Source: a virus (lineage: Duplodnaviria; Heunggongvirae; Uroviricota; Caudoviricetes). From it: a DNA stretch of 64,000 nucleotides. The stretch is from positions 57,360 to 121,359 of IMG/VR virus record IMGVR_UViG_3300032007_000006. One strand, given 5' to 3'. Positions 10,961-20,109 of this stretch are shown in pieces. The notes beneath the pieces are model-generated. The model had not been told where the DNA came from, did not search any database, and saw nothing but the letters and a program-made list of their open reading frames with translations. The stretch's first letter is position 1. The number at the start of each line of letters is the position of its first letter. A program made the translations under genes and the position numbers.

Positions 10961-11179
10961 CTAGTCTTCGACTGGTTTAAGCAGAGAATCCCAGTCGGAA
11001 GGCTTAATTTCGCCGCAGGGAACATTCATTACCCAACTTCCTTCTTCATTCTGATGCATGAAGGGACATACAAAAACACCTTTTGGACAAGTTCCATGTA
11101 ACGTTGTTCCATATTCCTTGCACATGGTTGACAGTTGTTCGGAACTATGACGCATCAGAAGCGTAATCTTGCTGTTCAT
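10961..11179 (-). CDS. small Cys-containing hypothetical protein, now separated from its apparent RBS by the tnpB element
   Basis: 72-aa ORF from ATG 11179. No SD is adjacent; an orphan AAGGAG lies on the far side of the element (12522-12527). Confidence 0.6.
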   Translation of the reverse strand: MNSKITLLMRHSSEQLSTMCKEYGTTLHGTCPKGVFVCPFMHQNEEGSWVMNVPCGEIKPSDWDSLLKPVED

Positions 11180-12514
11180 AACATTATCGGCAAGGAAACT
11201 GCCGTTCTTCAGCAACGGCAGAGGAATTGCCGCCTCCGTATTTTAGATTGATTTTGCTAAATAGATTTGTGGTTGCATTCTATCAATGAAGACAGTTCCT
11301 GTCAAGCTGAAATGTTCTGAAGAGGACAAAGCCTATTTTCTGTCAATCCTGCAGGAAAAGCAGGCATGCTTCAACTTTCTCTCCAAGGAACTGTATGCAC
11401 TCAACTGGAAGAATCTGCTGTCAATCAAGCTGATTCACGACAGATTCTATTACGCATTGAAAGAAAGATTCCCCAACCTGCTAACTCAGATATTGATCAA
11501 GGTTGAACAGGAAGTCTTGTCCACATACAAAACAATCAAGTCAAACAGGCACCAAATAGACAAGGCTCCAGAGCAAAGGAATTTGTGCCTGCAGCTGGAC
11601 AAGAGGCTCTATTCTCATTTTACCAAGACTTCCATCGCGCTTCCCAGAAACAAAGGAGAGAAGAGGAAGCAGATTGAGTTTGTGCTTTATGATAGGGCCA
11701 GAGATTTTTTAGAACATAACACGCCTCATGATCCGAAGCTGTATGTCAAGGGTAATGGACTGTACATAGCCATTCCATTTGATGTAGCCTGTCCTGCTCC
11801 AGAGAATGAAGATCTTCTTGGAATTGATTTGGGCATTAAATGTGTGGCCTCCTGTTCAGATGGACGGGTGTACAAATGCAACGACTTCAAGAAAGAGAAA
11901 CACAGATTAAAATATCTCCGCAGATGCCTGCAGTCAAAAGGAACGAAGTCGGCTAAAAGGCATCTAAAGAAAGTTGGAAGAAAAATAGCCAACTATTCAA
12001 AGGACTACATCCATAAACTGGTGAATGAACTTCTCAAAACTAAATCGGACATCATTGTCATTGAAGATCTAAAGAAAATTAAGGAAAGAACAAAGTTCCA
12101 TAAGGGAACGAAGATCAAACGCACAACACACAACAGAGTGTTTGGAGACATTCCAATTGCTCTGCTTGCGTCAATGCTTGCCTACAAGGCGTCCCATCTT
12201 GGAAAGATGGTTGCTACCGTTGATCCAGCCTATACGTCTCAGAACGACTGTCGTGGACTGGATAGAGGCAAGAGACAAGGAAGGCGGTACTATGGAGTTG
12301 ATGGAGTCCAGCTGGATGCTGACATAAACGCTTCCGTCAACATAGCCAACAGGTTCCTATGGAACAACAAAATCCTTGCTGAAAAACATCCTGTTTCGTA
12401 TCCAGAAATGCGTACCTATGCAGGCAGGCTGCCTATCAACCAGCCAATCGTGGATGGAGTCAACAATGACTCCAGTCTGCAAGCTTCCACCCTTTAGCGG
12501 CGGAAGCAGTTGAT
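11180..12514 (+). mobile_element. non-autonomous IS200/IS605-family (IS1341-like) tnpB-only element
   Basis: tnpB ORF; left hairpin 11189-11231; right-end hairpin GCTTCC..GGAAGC then AGTTGAT; no tnpA. Removing 11180-12514 restores SD-7nt-ATG. Boundaries are inferred. Confidence 0.7.
11286..12497 (+). CDS. tnpB: RNA-guided endonuclease TnpB
   Basis: RuvC triad intact (GIDLG, VIEDL, DADINA), PAYTSQ motif. Zinc-ribbon Cys pairs are lost. Confidence 0.92.
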   Translation: MKTVPVKLKCSEEDKAYFLSILQEKQACFNFLSKELYALNWKNLLSIKLIHDRFYYALKERFPNLLTQILIKVEQEVLSTYKTIKSNRHQIDKAPEQRNLCLQLDKRLYSHFTKTSIALPRNKGEKRKQIEFVLYDRARDFLEHNTPHDPKLYVKGNGLYIAIPFDVACPAPENEDLLGIDLGIKCVASCSDGRVYKCNDFKKEKHRLKYLRRCLQSKGTKSAKRHLKKVGRKIANYSKDYIHKLVNELLKTKSDIIVIEDLKKIKERTKFHKGTKIKRTTHNRVFGDIPIALLASMLAYKASHLGKMVATVDPAYTSQNDCRGLDRGKRQGRRYYGVDGVQLDADINASVNIANRFLWNNKILAEKHPVSYPEMRTYAGRLPINQPIVDGVNNDSSLQASTL

Positions 12515-12534
12515 TGATTTTCTCCTTTAGAAAA
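12350..12534 (+). ncRNA. putative omegaRNA (scaffold overlapping the tnpB 3' end plus guide from 12515)
   Basis: Position inferred from established TnpB biology. Hairpin at 12483-12507. The 5' boundary is approximate. Confidence 0.5.
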
Positions 12535-12554
12535 GAAATCATCTGCACATTCTT

Positions 12555-12776
12555 CTAGCCATTGCCATCATTCAATGAATTGATGGATGCAGTCAATTCC
12601 CTGCGATATTCCACCATTTTACTGTGAACGACGTCCATTCTAGAAATAGCGTCTTCCAGTATCTTCTTTTTGTCCTTTATTTCCTTTTCATCCCATTCTT
12701 CAATGGAACACAGTATCTGACCGATTGAGCAGTGGTATATTTTGGCCAGTTTCAGTAAAATGTCTGTTTCCTTCAT
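12555..12776 (-). CDS. hypothetical protein (coiled-coil)
   Basis: 73-aa ORF with GGAG SD, in an operon. Confidence 0.65.
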   Translation of the reverse strand: MKETDILLKLAKIYHCSIGQILCSIEEWDEKEIKDKKKILEDAISRMDVVHSKMVEYRRELTASINSLNDGNG

Positions 12777-12785
12777 TTGCTTCTC

Positions 12786-13463
12786 CTAAGAATCATTTGC
12801 TGCTGAAGAGAATGAAGTCTCTCCAATGCATTCTGTCGCAATAGCGGCACCAGTCAATGCTCTAACAACTTCCATTTTTGTGTTGTCTTTCATGCTTGCC
12901 GCTATATTGTCATGAATTGTCCATGATACCCAAAGTCTAAAGTGGCTCTCAACAACTTCTGCAATGAAATTGAGTTTTGCCGGCATGCCATTTCCTTCAA
13001 GAGAGAATTTTGTCCCCTGATTGTCCTTAAGCTTCGGAAGTTGCTTTAGAATATGATTTAATTCATCTTCATTTTCGCTCCATGCGGCATGGCCAATAAA
13101 GTTGCAGGCTTTGTGTACATTGCACTTTATCAGCATTCCTATGGCGTCTTTCGCTATCTTTTCAGATGCAAAGGAAATCATGAAGGCATAGGCCGCCATG
13201 TCGGCATCTTCCCTGGCCACTGGTCGAACTGCTTCAATATCGCTTCTTGAGAAGAACATGTGTTCACACGCCCGTTCAACAATGAATCCAAACGCTCCCA
13301 GCTGATGAAGCTTATGTTCTTCAACAAGACGCTTTAAGGCTTCAATTTCGGTCATTGTAAAAGCCTTAATGACTTCATGAGATTTCATCGCAAAGCCATC
13401 AAGACTTTCATCCCATTTAAAGTTTTCCGAAACAAGCGCATTAGCATCAATTTCCGTCTCCAT
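12786..13463 (-). CDS. hypothetical protein
   Basis: 225-aa ORF with GGAGG SD, downstream of a sigma70-type promoter. Confidence 0.75.
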   Translation of the reverse strand: METEIDANALVSENFKWDESLDGFAMKSHEVIKAFTMTEIEALKRLVEEHKLHQLGAFGFIVERACEHMFFSRSDIEAVRPVAREDADMAAYAFMISFASEKIAKDAIGMLIKCNVHKACNFIGHAAWSENEDELNHILKQLPKLKDNQGTKFSLEGNGMPAKLNFIAEVVESHFRLWVSWTIHDNIAASMKDNTKMEVVRALTGAAIATECIGETSFSSAANDS

Positions 13464-13484
13464 TCATGCCTCCATAGACTTTGC

Positions 13485-13514
13485 AGAATATCAAAAAAGA
13501 ACAGAGTGCGTCAA
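13485..13514 (-). promoter_or_regulatory. sigma70-type (early) promoter
   Basis: TTGACG-18nt-TATTCT with TG extended -10. Confidence 0.55.
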
Positions 13515-13548
13515 GATAAATTTAGGTCTGCTGATGAATGCATCGCTT

Positions 13549-13926
13549 CTATAAATCCAGCATCTGCTTGATCTTCATTTTGACTGCCATTAAAATGCAG
13601 TTTGAAACAACTCCTATTTTTCTATCAATTACTTCTCTGGAAATAGTGAACAGTTGACTGGATCTTATTTCGCTGTATGGCTTGCAAACAATTAGTGGAT
13701 CATAATAAAATGAATTTTTGGGAACTTCCACTCCATAATGATCATAATGCTTTTTGGAAGTTATTACAGCCAATGTAACGTTGCATGCATCAGGAACGCT
13801 TAAAACCAGTGCTGGTCTGGCTTTTATTCCTTCCAGGCTTGTAAATGGCATAAGCGCCACTACAATGTCTCCTGGCTTTAAAAAATCTTTATACAATTTT
13901 GCATTTCCTTGTTTTTGCCTTGTCAT
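13549..13926 (-). CDS. PemK/MazF-family endoribonuclease toxin, no adjacent antitoxin seen
   Basis: PGDIV..PFT...KARPALVLS, AVITS, SEIRSSQLFTISREVIDRKIG. Start codon uncertain (13926 or 13965). Confidence 0.85.
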   Translation of the reverse strand: MTRQKQGNAKLYKDFLKPGDIVVALMPFTSLEGIKARPALVLSVPDACNVTLAVITSKKHYDHYGVEVPKNSFYYDPLIVCKPYSEIRSSQLFTISREVIDRKIGVVSNCILMAVKMKIKQMLDL

Positions 13927-14006
13927 TGTTGACAGAAGCAGTTTAAACTCTAGACATGACCACAATTTGCTCCGAGAAAAGATTTCCTCTCCCCCTTGCA
14001 GGCAAA

Positions 14007-14035
14007 TTTATAGCAGGAACGGATTCCACTGTCAA
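14007..14035 (-). promoter_or_regulatory. strong sigma70-type (early) promoter
   Basis: TTGACA-17nt-TATAAA with TG extension and an A/T-rich upstream element. Confidence 0.75.
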
Positions 14036-14185
14036 GCAAAAATTTGAAAAAATCTTGCTAAGACTTTCGCTTCTAGGACACGGCCTCCTGAATTTCCTTA
14101 AGCGAAACGTCTCTTTCTACCAGACAGCGAAACCCACCTCTCCTCCGTCATCCTCCACGCTCCTCCACGGCATGATTCACAAGAC

Positions 14186-14211
14186 AAAAAAGGGGAGCCT
14201 TTCGGCTCCCC
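14186..14211 (-). terminator. terminator after the major capsid gene
   Basis: GGGGAGCC-GAAA-GGCTCCCCTTTTTT on the minus strand. Confidence 0.85.
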
Positions 14212-14238
14212 TAAAGGTTCTAAGATGCTCTAGAAAGA

Positions 14239-15636
14239 CTAGAGAACAATCTGGATCTTGCGGTAGAAGCTGTTTGTGGCGCGAATGGCGTCCGTGGCAC
14301 CCTTGAGCAGTCTCTCCTGGGAGATGCTGTATGGGTTGGACACGAGGCCATAACGAGTCTTAATGCCGATGCGAGCACCGAAGTCTTCCTGACCCGTGGT
14401 GCGATACCACTGAACAGGAATGTATGGGCAGTAGAAGAGACCGGCATCATACTGGGAAGCGCCCTTGTAGCCAACAATGAGGGTGTGACGAAGTTCGCCG
14501 TCCATGGATTCATAGGTCATGTAAGGATCAACAAAGACCTTGAAGCGGTTGGCGAGCATGCCGTAGTAGGAAACGCCAACTGGGTTCACGATGGGCATGA
14601 AGTTGACGTTGTCGAACTGAGTGGTGATGAGGTTGGCCATGGAGAGGGTAGCGGCGACTTCAGGAGAGGTGAGAATGAAGTTGCCACGGCCACGACGGGT
14701 TTCCTGAGCAATCCAGGTAGCTTCACGCTCAATCTGGATGAGGAGGCCCATCACCTTTTCCATTGACCAGCGGCCATCGGAGTCAACAGCGAAGTTGAAT
14801 ACGCCAGGAGTGGTGCAGTTCTGTGCGCCCTGCTTGGCTTCATACTTGATGCGGTTGACAATTTCACGGTCAATTTCAGCGGTGATTTCAGTCTGAAGAA
14901 TGTTGGCAATTTCCTGCTCGGCGTCAAGACCATGAACGGAGCGGAGATCCTGCACAACTTCAGTGGTGAGGCGTCCCTTCAATGCACGAGTCTTTACAGA
15001 CACGTCCATTGCTTCGATGCCAAAGGCCATCTCTGGATAGGTTGGACCTTCGCCTACGGCGTATCCACCAACCATTCCGTCATTGCCGGCCTGAGAACGC
15101 TGACGAACGCCAGCATTGCTCAACTTGCCAGTGCCAGGAATGATGTTGCCATCTGCATCGCGCTCTGGAGCCTCTTCCCAATGATAGTTGCCATCATAGA
15201 GATCCCAGCCCAGTGCTTCGCCGTCTGGCGTTGGATATGGACCAGAATGGGTGTAAGGAACTTCAGGACCAATCTTGTGCTGAGTGCTGATAGGACCAGA
15301 TCCCCACACTTCCTGACGAATGTCATCCTTGACAGCGTAGACGCGCTGCACGAAAATACGGCCAGTTGGGAGGTTCATGGCCTGCAGGCCGACCATCTGA
15401 GGACCAACAAGAGTTGGAAGAGTACGACGAATGAGGCTGATAATGACTGGAGTATATTGAGCCATGTCGCCAGTACGAGTTGGGCTGTACTCTTCTTCGT
15501 TGATGTTTTTAAGGGTGTTCTCAATAACGGCTTTGACCGTTTTCTTCATGACCGGATCCTTGATTGCAGGAAGGCCGGCATAGTCGCTATCAATAAGCTT
15601 GGTAAGCTCTTGTTCAGTGATAATGCTATTGTCCAT
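14239..15636 (-). CDS. gp23: major capsid protein (T4 gp23)
   Basis: ISLIRR, GLQAMNLPTG, EMAFGIE..VKTRALK, QDLRSVHGLDAEQE, EIDRE, TRRGRGN, DAGLFYCPY, IGIKTRYG. Confidence 0.97.
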   Translation of the reverse strand: MDNSIITEQELTKLIDSDYAGLPAIKDPVMKKTVKAVIENTLKNINEEEYSPTRTGDMAQYTPVIISLIRRTLPTLVGPQMVGLQAMNLPTGRIFVQRVYAVKDDIRQEVWGSGPISTQHKIGPEVPYTHSGPYPTPDGEALGWDLYDGNYHWEEAPERDADGNIIPGTGKLSNAGVRQRSQAGNDGMVGGYAVGEGPTYPEMAFGIEAMDVSVKTRALKGRLTTEVVQDLRSVHGLDAEQEIANILQTEITAEIDREIVNRIKYEAKQGAQNCTTPGVFNFAVDSDGRWSMEKVMGLLIQIEREATWIAQETRRGRGNFILTSPEVAATLSMANLITTQFDNVNFMPIVNPVGVSYYGMLANRFKVFVDPYMTYESMDGELRHTLIVGYKGASQYDAGLFYCPYIPVQWYRTTGQEDFGARIGIKTRYGLVSNPYSISQERLLKGATDAIRATNSFYRKIQIVL

Positions 15637-15694
15637 CTTTTATTACCTTCTTATGGATTCTATGTATTGTATTTAGAAATTGCAAAGCAAACTG

Positions 15695-17014
15695 CTAGCC
15701 CATTCTAAACAGCACGTCGGCGATTGATTCGTTGACTTTGTTTGGTGCAGGTTCAGGCTTGGAGAAGGAAGAAGTGCGTGGTTCCTCATAGTATTCCTTA
15801 ATGTCCCTGCAGGCCTTGTTGAAAGCTTTGCGGAATTCACTCATAGTAGTGCATTCGCTAAGTTCTTCTGCGGCATAGTTGGAAAGAGTTTCCTTCTGAG
15901 CTTCAGAAAGATTTTCGGGCATATGCTTGATGACATAGTTTTCACGCTTGGATTCAATGAGTGCCCTTTTTGTCTTCAACTGTTCAACTTTAAGATTCTG
16001 CAGCTCTTCCGTGAGTTCGCTAATGGAAGACTTGGCTTTCATAAGAGCATCTTCACGTTTTGGAACAATCTGAAGCTTGGATTCAATGAGTTCAAGCATC
16101 TCGCCAGCAAAGCTTTCAAGCATTTCGCTCTTTGGAGACTGAACAATCATGCCCTCGCGAAGCATTTCTTCAGAAAGTTCTTCACTCACAAAGCGGAGAT
16201 AGCCGTCAACGTTTTCATCAAGCTTGGAAACAATGGAAGGAACAACTTCTTTCTTGATATATGAGTCGATTGCGGGAATAATTTCCTTATTAACGTAAGA
16301 CTCAAACAGCTTTGTGGTGTCGGAAACAACAGTCACGCAGGCTTTTTCAAGAATTTGATCAACAGCTTCGGTCACAATGGCCTTCATGCTTTTGGCCTGA
16401 CCTTCTTCCATGGACTCAAAGAGAGAAGTTTCCATGAATTGATGCTCAAGAGTCTCTTTTACGGCCTCCATACGAAGCTGTGCGTTATTGGCAACAATTG
16501 CACGAATTGCTTCAGTGGTGGCATAAGATTCGTTGCATTCATCGTCTTCATCAGACTCATCGTCTTCATCATCTTCATCGTCTTCATCAGACTCATCGTC
16601 TTCATCATCTTCATCGTCTTCATCAGACTCATCGTCTTCATCATCTTCATCAGACTCATCGGACTCATCGGACTCATCGTCTTCATCATCTTCATCGTCT
16701 TCATCAGACTCATCGTCTTCATCATCTTCATCAGACTCATCGGACTCATCGGACTCATCGCCTTCGGCGCAGGTGTCACACTGACCATCGGAAACTTCAG
16801 CGCCACAGTCTGGGCAGACGAATTCCTGAATGGAATCTTCATATCCAAGAGATTCCAGAACGCCTTCAAGAGCCTCCTGAGGACCTTGAAGGATGCAATA
16901 CCCTTCCTTCTCGCAGTCAAGCTGATCAACGCCAGCATATTTCTTCAATGCAGTGTCAATTTCAGCCTGAGAGTCGACAGGAATCATAATTTTCATGTAT
17001 GCGTCTTCACTCAT
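15695..17014 (-). CDS. gp22: prohead core scaffolding protein (T4 gp22) with acidic repeat insertion
   Basis: Directly upstream of gp23; acidic coiled-coil; VDGYLRFVSEE and LSEAQKETL motifs. Confidence 0.85.
   Translation of the reverse strand: MSEDAYMKIMIPVDSQAEIDTALKKYAGVDQLDCEKEGYCILQGPQEALEGVLESLGYEDSIQEFVCPDCGAEVSDGQCDTCAEGDESDESDESDEDDEDDESDEDDEDDEDDESDESDESDEDDEDDESDEDDEDDEDDESDEDDEDDEDDESDEDDECNESYATTEAIRAIVANNAQLRMEAVKETLEHQFMETSLFESMEEGQAKSMKAIVTEAVDQILEKACVTVVSDTTKLFESYVNKEIIPAIDSYIKKEVVPSIVSKLDENVDGYLRFVSEELSEEMLREGMIVQSPKSEMLESFAGEMLELIESKLQIVPKREDALMKAKSSISELTEELQNLKVEQLKTKRALIESKRENYVIKHMPENLSEAQKETLSNYAAEELSECTTMSEFRKAFNKACRDIKEYYEEPRTSSFSKPEPAPNKVNESIADVLFRMG
16539..16760. 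repeat. in-frame low-complexity tandem repeat encoding (DES/DED)n within gp22
   Basis: 9-nt units TCATCGTCT/TCATCAGAC/TCATCATCT/TCATCGGAC forming 36-nt higher-order repeats. Confidence 0.9.
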
Positions 17015-17095
17015 TTTGATTTTCCTCTTGCAATCATTTAGCGGACAATGCCACAGACTGTGGAAAATTGCCTGCAACAATATTGCCTATTTATA

Positions 17096-17386
17096 TTAAT
17101 GCCTTCTTTTTCTTTTTCCGAAAAACTTCATAGTCTTTCGTCTTTTTTTAGCTGCGTTATACAAAGTGGTTGCACGTTTAGCAAGTCCCTTCGACCTTAT
17201 CTTCATTGAACGACTAATGCTCCTAACTCTAAAATGCTTCCGCATGTGATAGTATCTGCGGCGCTTGTAAAGATACACGGCTTTTTGAGACATGCTCATA
17301 GGAGCCTTCTTCTTTTTGCCTTCAAGCATTAGATTTGTAAGAAGATGCGTTGCTGGCTCAAAAAGATCAGTTCGCTCATTATTCAT
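17096..17386 (-). CDS. basic prohead core protein (gp68-like)
   Basis: Very K/R-rich 96 aa in the head module; LMLE could be a gp21 cleavage site. Confidence 0.6.
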   Translation of the reverse strand: MNNERTDLFEPATHLLTNLMLEGKKKKAPMSMSQKAVYLYKRRRYYHMRKHFRVRSISRSMKIRSKGLAKRATTLYNAAKKRRKTMKFFGKRKRRH

Positions 17387-17394
17387 TAAAACAC

Positions 17395-18039
17395 CTAGAA
17401 TTTTAGACCTTCAATGAATTTTGCAAAATCTTCCTTCAATACGCTAGTATTGGACATTTTTTTGTGTTTAAGATATTCTTCAGCGGTTGATTCAATCAAA
17501 ACGCCATTTTTCCAGTAGTATTCTACGTTTTCAAGCACGCCATCAACCCAGCAGTCTATTCCTGATGGATTGCTGACAACATCAATAGCAGAAATAACAT
17601 AGTCATCCTTGACTATCGTTTCTGCACCTTTCTCTTCAAGAGAACCCATTCCACGAGTTGAAACGCCAAGCTGCACTCCATCCCTTAAAAGAGACTTTAC
17701 AATCTCGCCTTGAGGCGTGGAAAGAACTTTGGCTTTACCAAGAACATCATTGCCGTCCCAGGCCAATTCCTTGATAAGAATGCAGGCCCGTTCTGGATTT
17801 GGAGCGAAGGCTTGTGGATGATTCAACTCTCCAATGGCCTTGCTTTTAGACACATAGTCGGCAATATATTTCTGAATGGCCTCGCTTAGAACCTTTTTAG
17901 GATATGTCCTTTTATTCCGATTCTGCTTTTCGGCCTGAGCAAAAATTCCTTCGATGAACATGGACTTTTCGCCTTGAGCGTCTTTAGCCTCGTTCACCGA
18001 AATGATATTGCCCATTTCATTTTCAGCAATAAGCTTCAT
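17395..18039 (-). CDS. gp21: prohead protease (T4 gp21)
   Basis: IEGIFAQAE..NRNKRTYP, AIGELNHP, STPQG, LGVSTRGMGS, DVVSNPS. Confidence 0.96.
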   Translation of the reverse strand: MKLIAENEMGNIISVNEAKDAQGEKSMFIEGIFAQAEKQNRNKRTYPKKVLSEAIQKYIADYVSKSKAIGELNHPQAFAPNPERACILIKELAWDGNDVLGKAKVLSTPQGEIVKSLLRDGVQLGVSTRGMGSLEEKGAETIVKDDYVISAIDVVSNPSGIDCWVDGVLENVEYYWKNGVLIESTAEEYLKHKKMSNTSVLKEDFAKFIEGLKF

Positions 18040-18084
18040 TTTAACTCGGAACCATTGTTTTGCTATTTAGATTGATTAAACAAT

Positions 18085-18297
18085 TTAGTCTTCTTTTGGC
18101 GGAAGATTGTTTGTGTTTATTCTGTCGGCGCAAATGTTGTTGACATGTGTTGCAACAACATTATTGGCATCAGCCTTAAATTCTTCTGGATTAATTCCGA
18201 TTCCTTCAAGACTTCCATATTTGAAAGCTAGTCCATCAATGATATTTTTGAACTGTTCGGAATCGGAATTGCCCTTTAGACCATCATACATTCCCAT
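18085..18297 (-). CDS. small head-module protein (gp67 position)
   Basis: 70 aa with GGAGG SD, between portal and protease. Confidence 0.6.
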   Translation of the reverse strand: MGMYDGLKGNSDSEQFKNIIDGLAFKYGSLEGIGINPEEFKADANNVVATHVNNICADRINTNNLPPKED

Positions 18298-18311
18298 ATT
18301 TTCCTCCTATT

Positions 18312-19928
18312 TTAGGACTTGAGTATGCGAGCTATGTCGCTGTCTTCTACATTGTCATAATCTTCATCATCATTTTCTTCTACATGTCTTGGAGTGGGTA
18401 TCTGCTGCACCCACGCAAGTCTTTTCTTTTCTCTCGCTGTTTCTTCAGGATCTTCTCGTGGTTCAACAGTCATTTCTTCCATCTCGCCACTCTTTTCCTC
18501 TTCTTCAATTTCGGCATCAATGCGTCTAATGTCTTCATCAGTCTGCTTGAGCAGATTGCGTCTGGCCCACGAAACGGAGAAATATTTGCCAAGATAGTCC
18601 TGAACTTCTCCAAGAGCGTCTATTCTTTCCTTGAGAATTTCAAGATCTCTGAATTCAGCATACACAGAGTCTGAAATCCACATAAACTGAATGTTGTCCG
18701 CTTCTTCTTCAAATTCCTTGCCAACAACAATATTTTTGGCCGTCATTTGAATCTTGAGAAGCTTGTAGAAAAGAATTTCATAGCACTGGCGCAGACGGAC
18801 AATGAACTTTCTGTACTTTAATTCATCGCGGGTGATTTCAGAACTTCTTCCAAGACTCTGGGCGCCATTGTCCAGTTCAATCCATCTGGAAAATGGAACG
18901 TTCAATGCACGAAAGAGCTTCATCTTGAAGTAGTCCAAGTCTTCCATGTTGCCAATGGAGGCATTGCCACCCTGCATGGTAGAAACTTCCGTCGCACGAC
19001 CATCGGCTGAACGTGGCAGATAGATGTCGTCCAGCAAAGACATGTGCAATGCAGACTCTTTCAGCTTTCCTGTTGAAGGATCATACTCCACCTTGTTTCG
19101 GCAGTTTCTTATGACTTCCTTCATGTACGTTTCGGCCTTGGACTTGGGAAGCTGACCAACGTCAATATAGAATACTCGTCTTTCTGGAGCACGAGCAATT
19201 TTGTATATCAATGCAGCATCTTCAAGACTGTTCAACTGGTTTAATGGAATGTAGGCTTTGTTCAGATATGAAATCCATATCTGGTGAAATCTGTCCATAA
19301 GACCAGAATCGACTTCAACAATGTTTTCCTTAGGAATTTTCAGCAGAATATTTTTTAGTTCGACATCCTTGAAGATATAGCATTCGGTCTTCAATTCATC
19401 ATCATAGGTAAGCTTCGTTCTTACAGGATCTAGCTGAATTAGCTGCTTTATGCCAGTTTTGCCATTGTCCTTGTCTGGATCATAGAGTTCATAGTAGAAA
19501 TAGGACTTCCCGTCAACAAACCAGTCCTTCAGAAGTGCATAGGCCTTCTTGTCAAACTGCAGGAGCTTCATTATTCTTGTCCATTCTCTATGAAACTTTT
19601 CCTGCACTTTCTCGCTGAAATCAGTATTGTTCAGATTGAGAAGTATTGGATACCTATGATCATCCGAATAGGAAATCATTTCATTGATAATGTCATCAAT
19701 GGCAAAGTCAATGTATGGATTTTCAGCCATTGCGCGCCAGATGCGAATGAGCTGATTCTCAAACATCGGGAGGTTGCGGATGTCGACATTTTCCAGTCCA
19801 AAGTCAACTGGATAGAGAATGTTGGTACCATAGGCCGCAAGCTCCTTTTGCGCTTCCAAAGGAACCGAGTAGTCTCTAGGCCTGATTTCTTCTCCAATGC
19901 CAACATTTCCAGTGATCATTTTGATCAT
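18312..19928 (-). CDS. gp20: portal protein (T4 gp20)
   Basis: AIDDIINE, WFVDG, LNSLEDAALIYKIARAPERRVFYIDVGQLPK, RALNVPFSR, EITRDELK. Confidence 0.97.
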   Translation of the reverse strand: MIKMITGNVGIGEEIRPRDYSVPLEAQKELAAYGTNILYPVDFGLENVDIRNLPMFENQLIRIWRAMAENPYIDFAIDDIINEMISYSDDHRYPILLNLNNTDFSEKVQEKFHREWTRIMKLLQFDKKAYALLKDWFVDGKSYFYYELYDPDKDNGKTGIKQLIQLDPVRTKLTYDDELKTECYIFKDVELKNILLKIPKENIVEVDSGLMDRFHQIWISYLNKAYIPLNQLNSLEDAALIYKIARAPERRVFYIDVGQLPKSKAETYMKEVIRNCRNKVEYDPSTGKLKESALHMSLLDDIYLPRSADGRATEVSTMQGGNASIGNMEDLDYFKMKLFRALNVPFSRWIELDNGAQSLGRSSEITRDELKYRKFIVRLRQCYEILFYKLLKIQMTAKNIVVGKEFEEEADNIQFMWISDSVYAEFRDLEILKERIDALGEVQDYLGKYFSVSWARRNLLKQTDEDIRRIDAEIEEEEKSGEMEEMTVEPREDPEETAREKKRLAWVQQIPTPRHVEENDDEDYDNVEDSDIARILKS

Positions 19929-20068
19929 TTGGGATGCTCCTCCCTCCTGCTATGAAATGATGTCCAGCAGGAACTTGACTATTTATAAACTAGGCACAAA
20001 TATCTTAGAAAAAATTAACCAATTGTTGTTCTAGATGGCATTTGGTGCGTATTATTGCGAATATATAC

Positions 20069-20097
20069 AAAAAAGGCTCCCAACTGGGAGCCTTTTT
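20069..20097. terminator. bidirectional terminator
   Basis: AAAAAGGCTCCCA-AC-TGGGAGCCTTTTT. Confidence 0.8.
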
Positions 20098-20109
20098 GCA
20101 TTGCATGCA

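Noticed and set aside
10961-11215. ORF next to tnpB as TnpA transposase
   Set aside because: No HUH/Tyr or serine-recombinase motifs.
11246-12521. 10-bp direct repeat GATTGATTTT flanking tnpB as a target-site duplication
   Set aside because: IS200/605 elements do not make duplications, and the 11180-12514 boundaries explain both the left hairpin and the orphan RBS. Kept only as an alternative.
14036-14185. tRNA or other RNA gene in the intergenic gap after gp23
   Set aside because: No cloverleaf or T-loop signature. No tRNA or rRNA was recognised anywhere in the window by eye.
14932-15708. 258-aa antisense ORF over gp23 (similarly 21576..22316 and 33491..34159)
   Set aside because: Expected from strong codon bias on the coding strand; no SD or motifs.
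16355-17041. Long poly-Ser, His/Arg and Ile/Phe ORFs on other frames
   Set aside because: Shadows of the gp22 acidic repeat.
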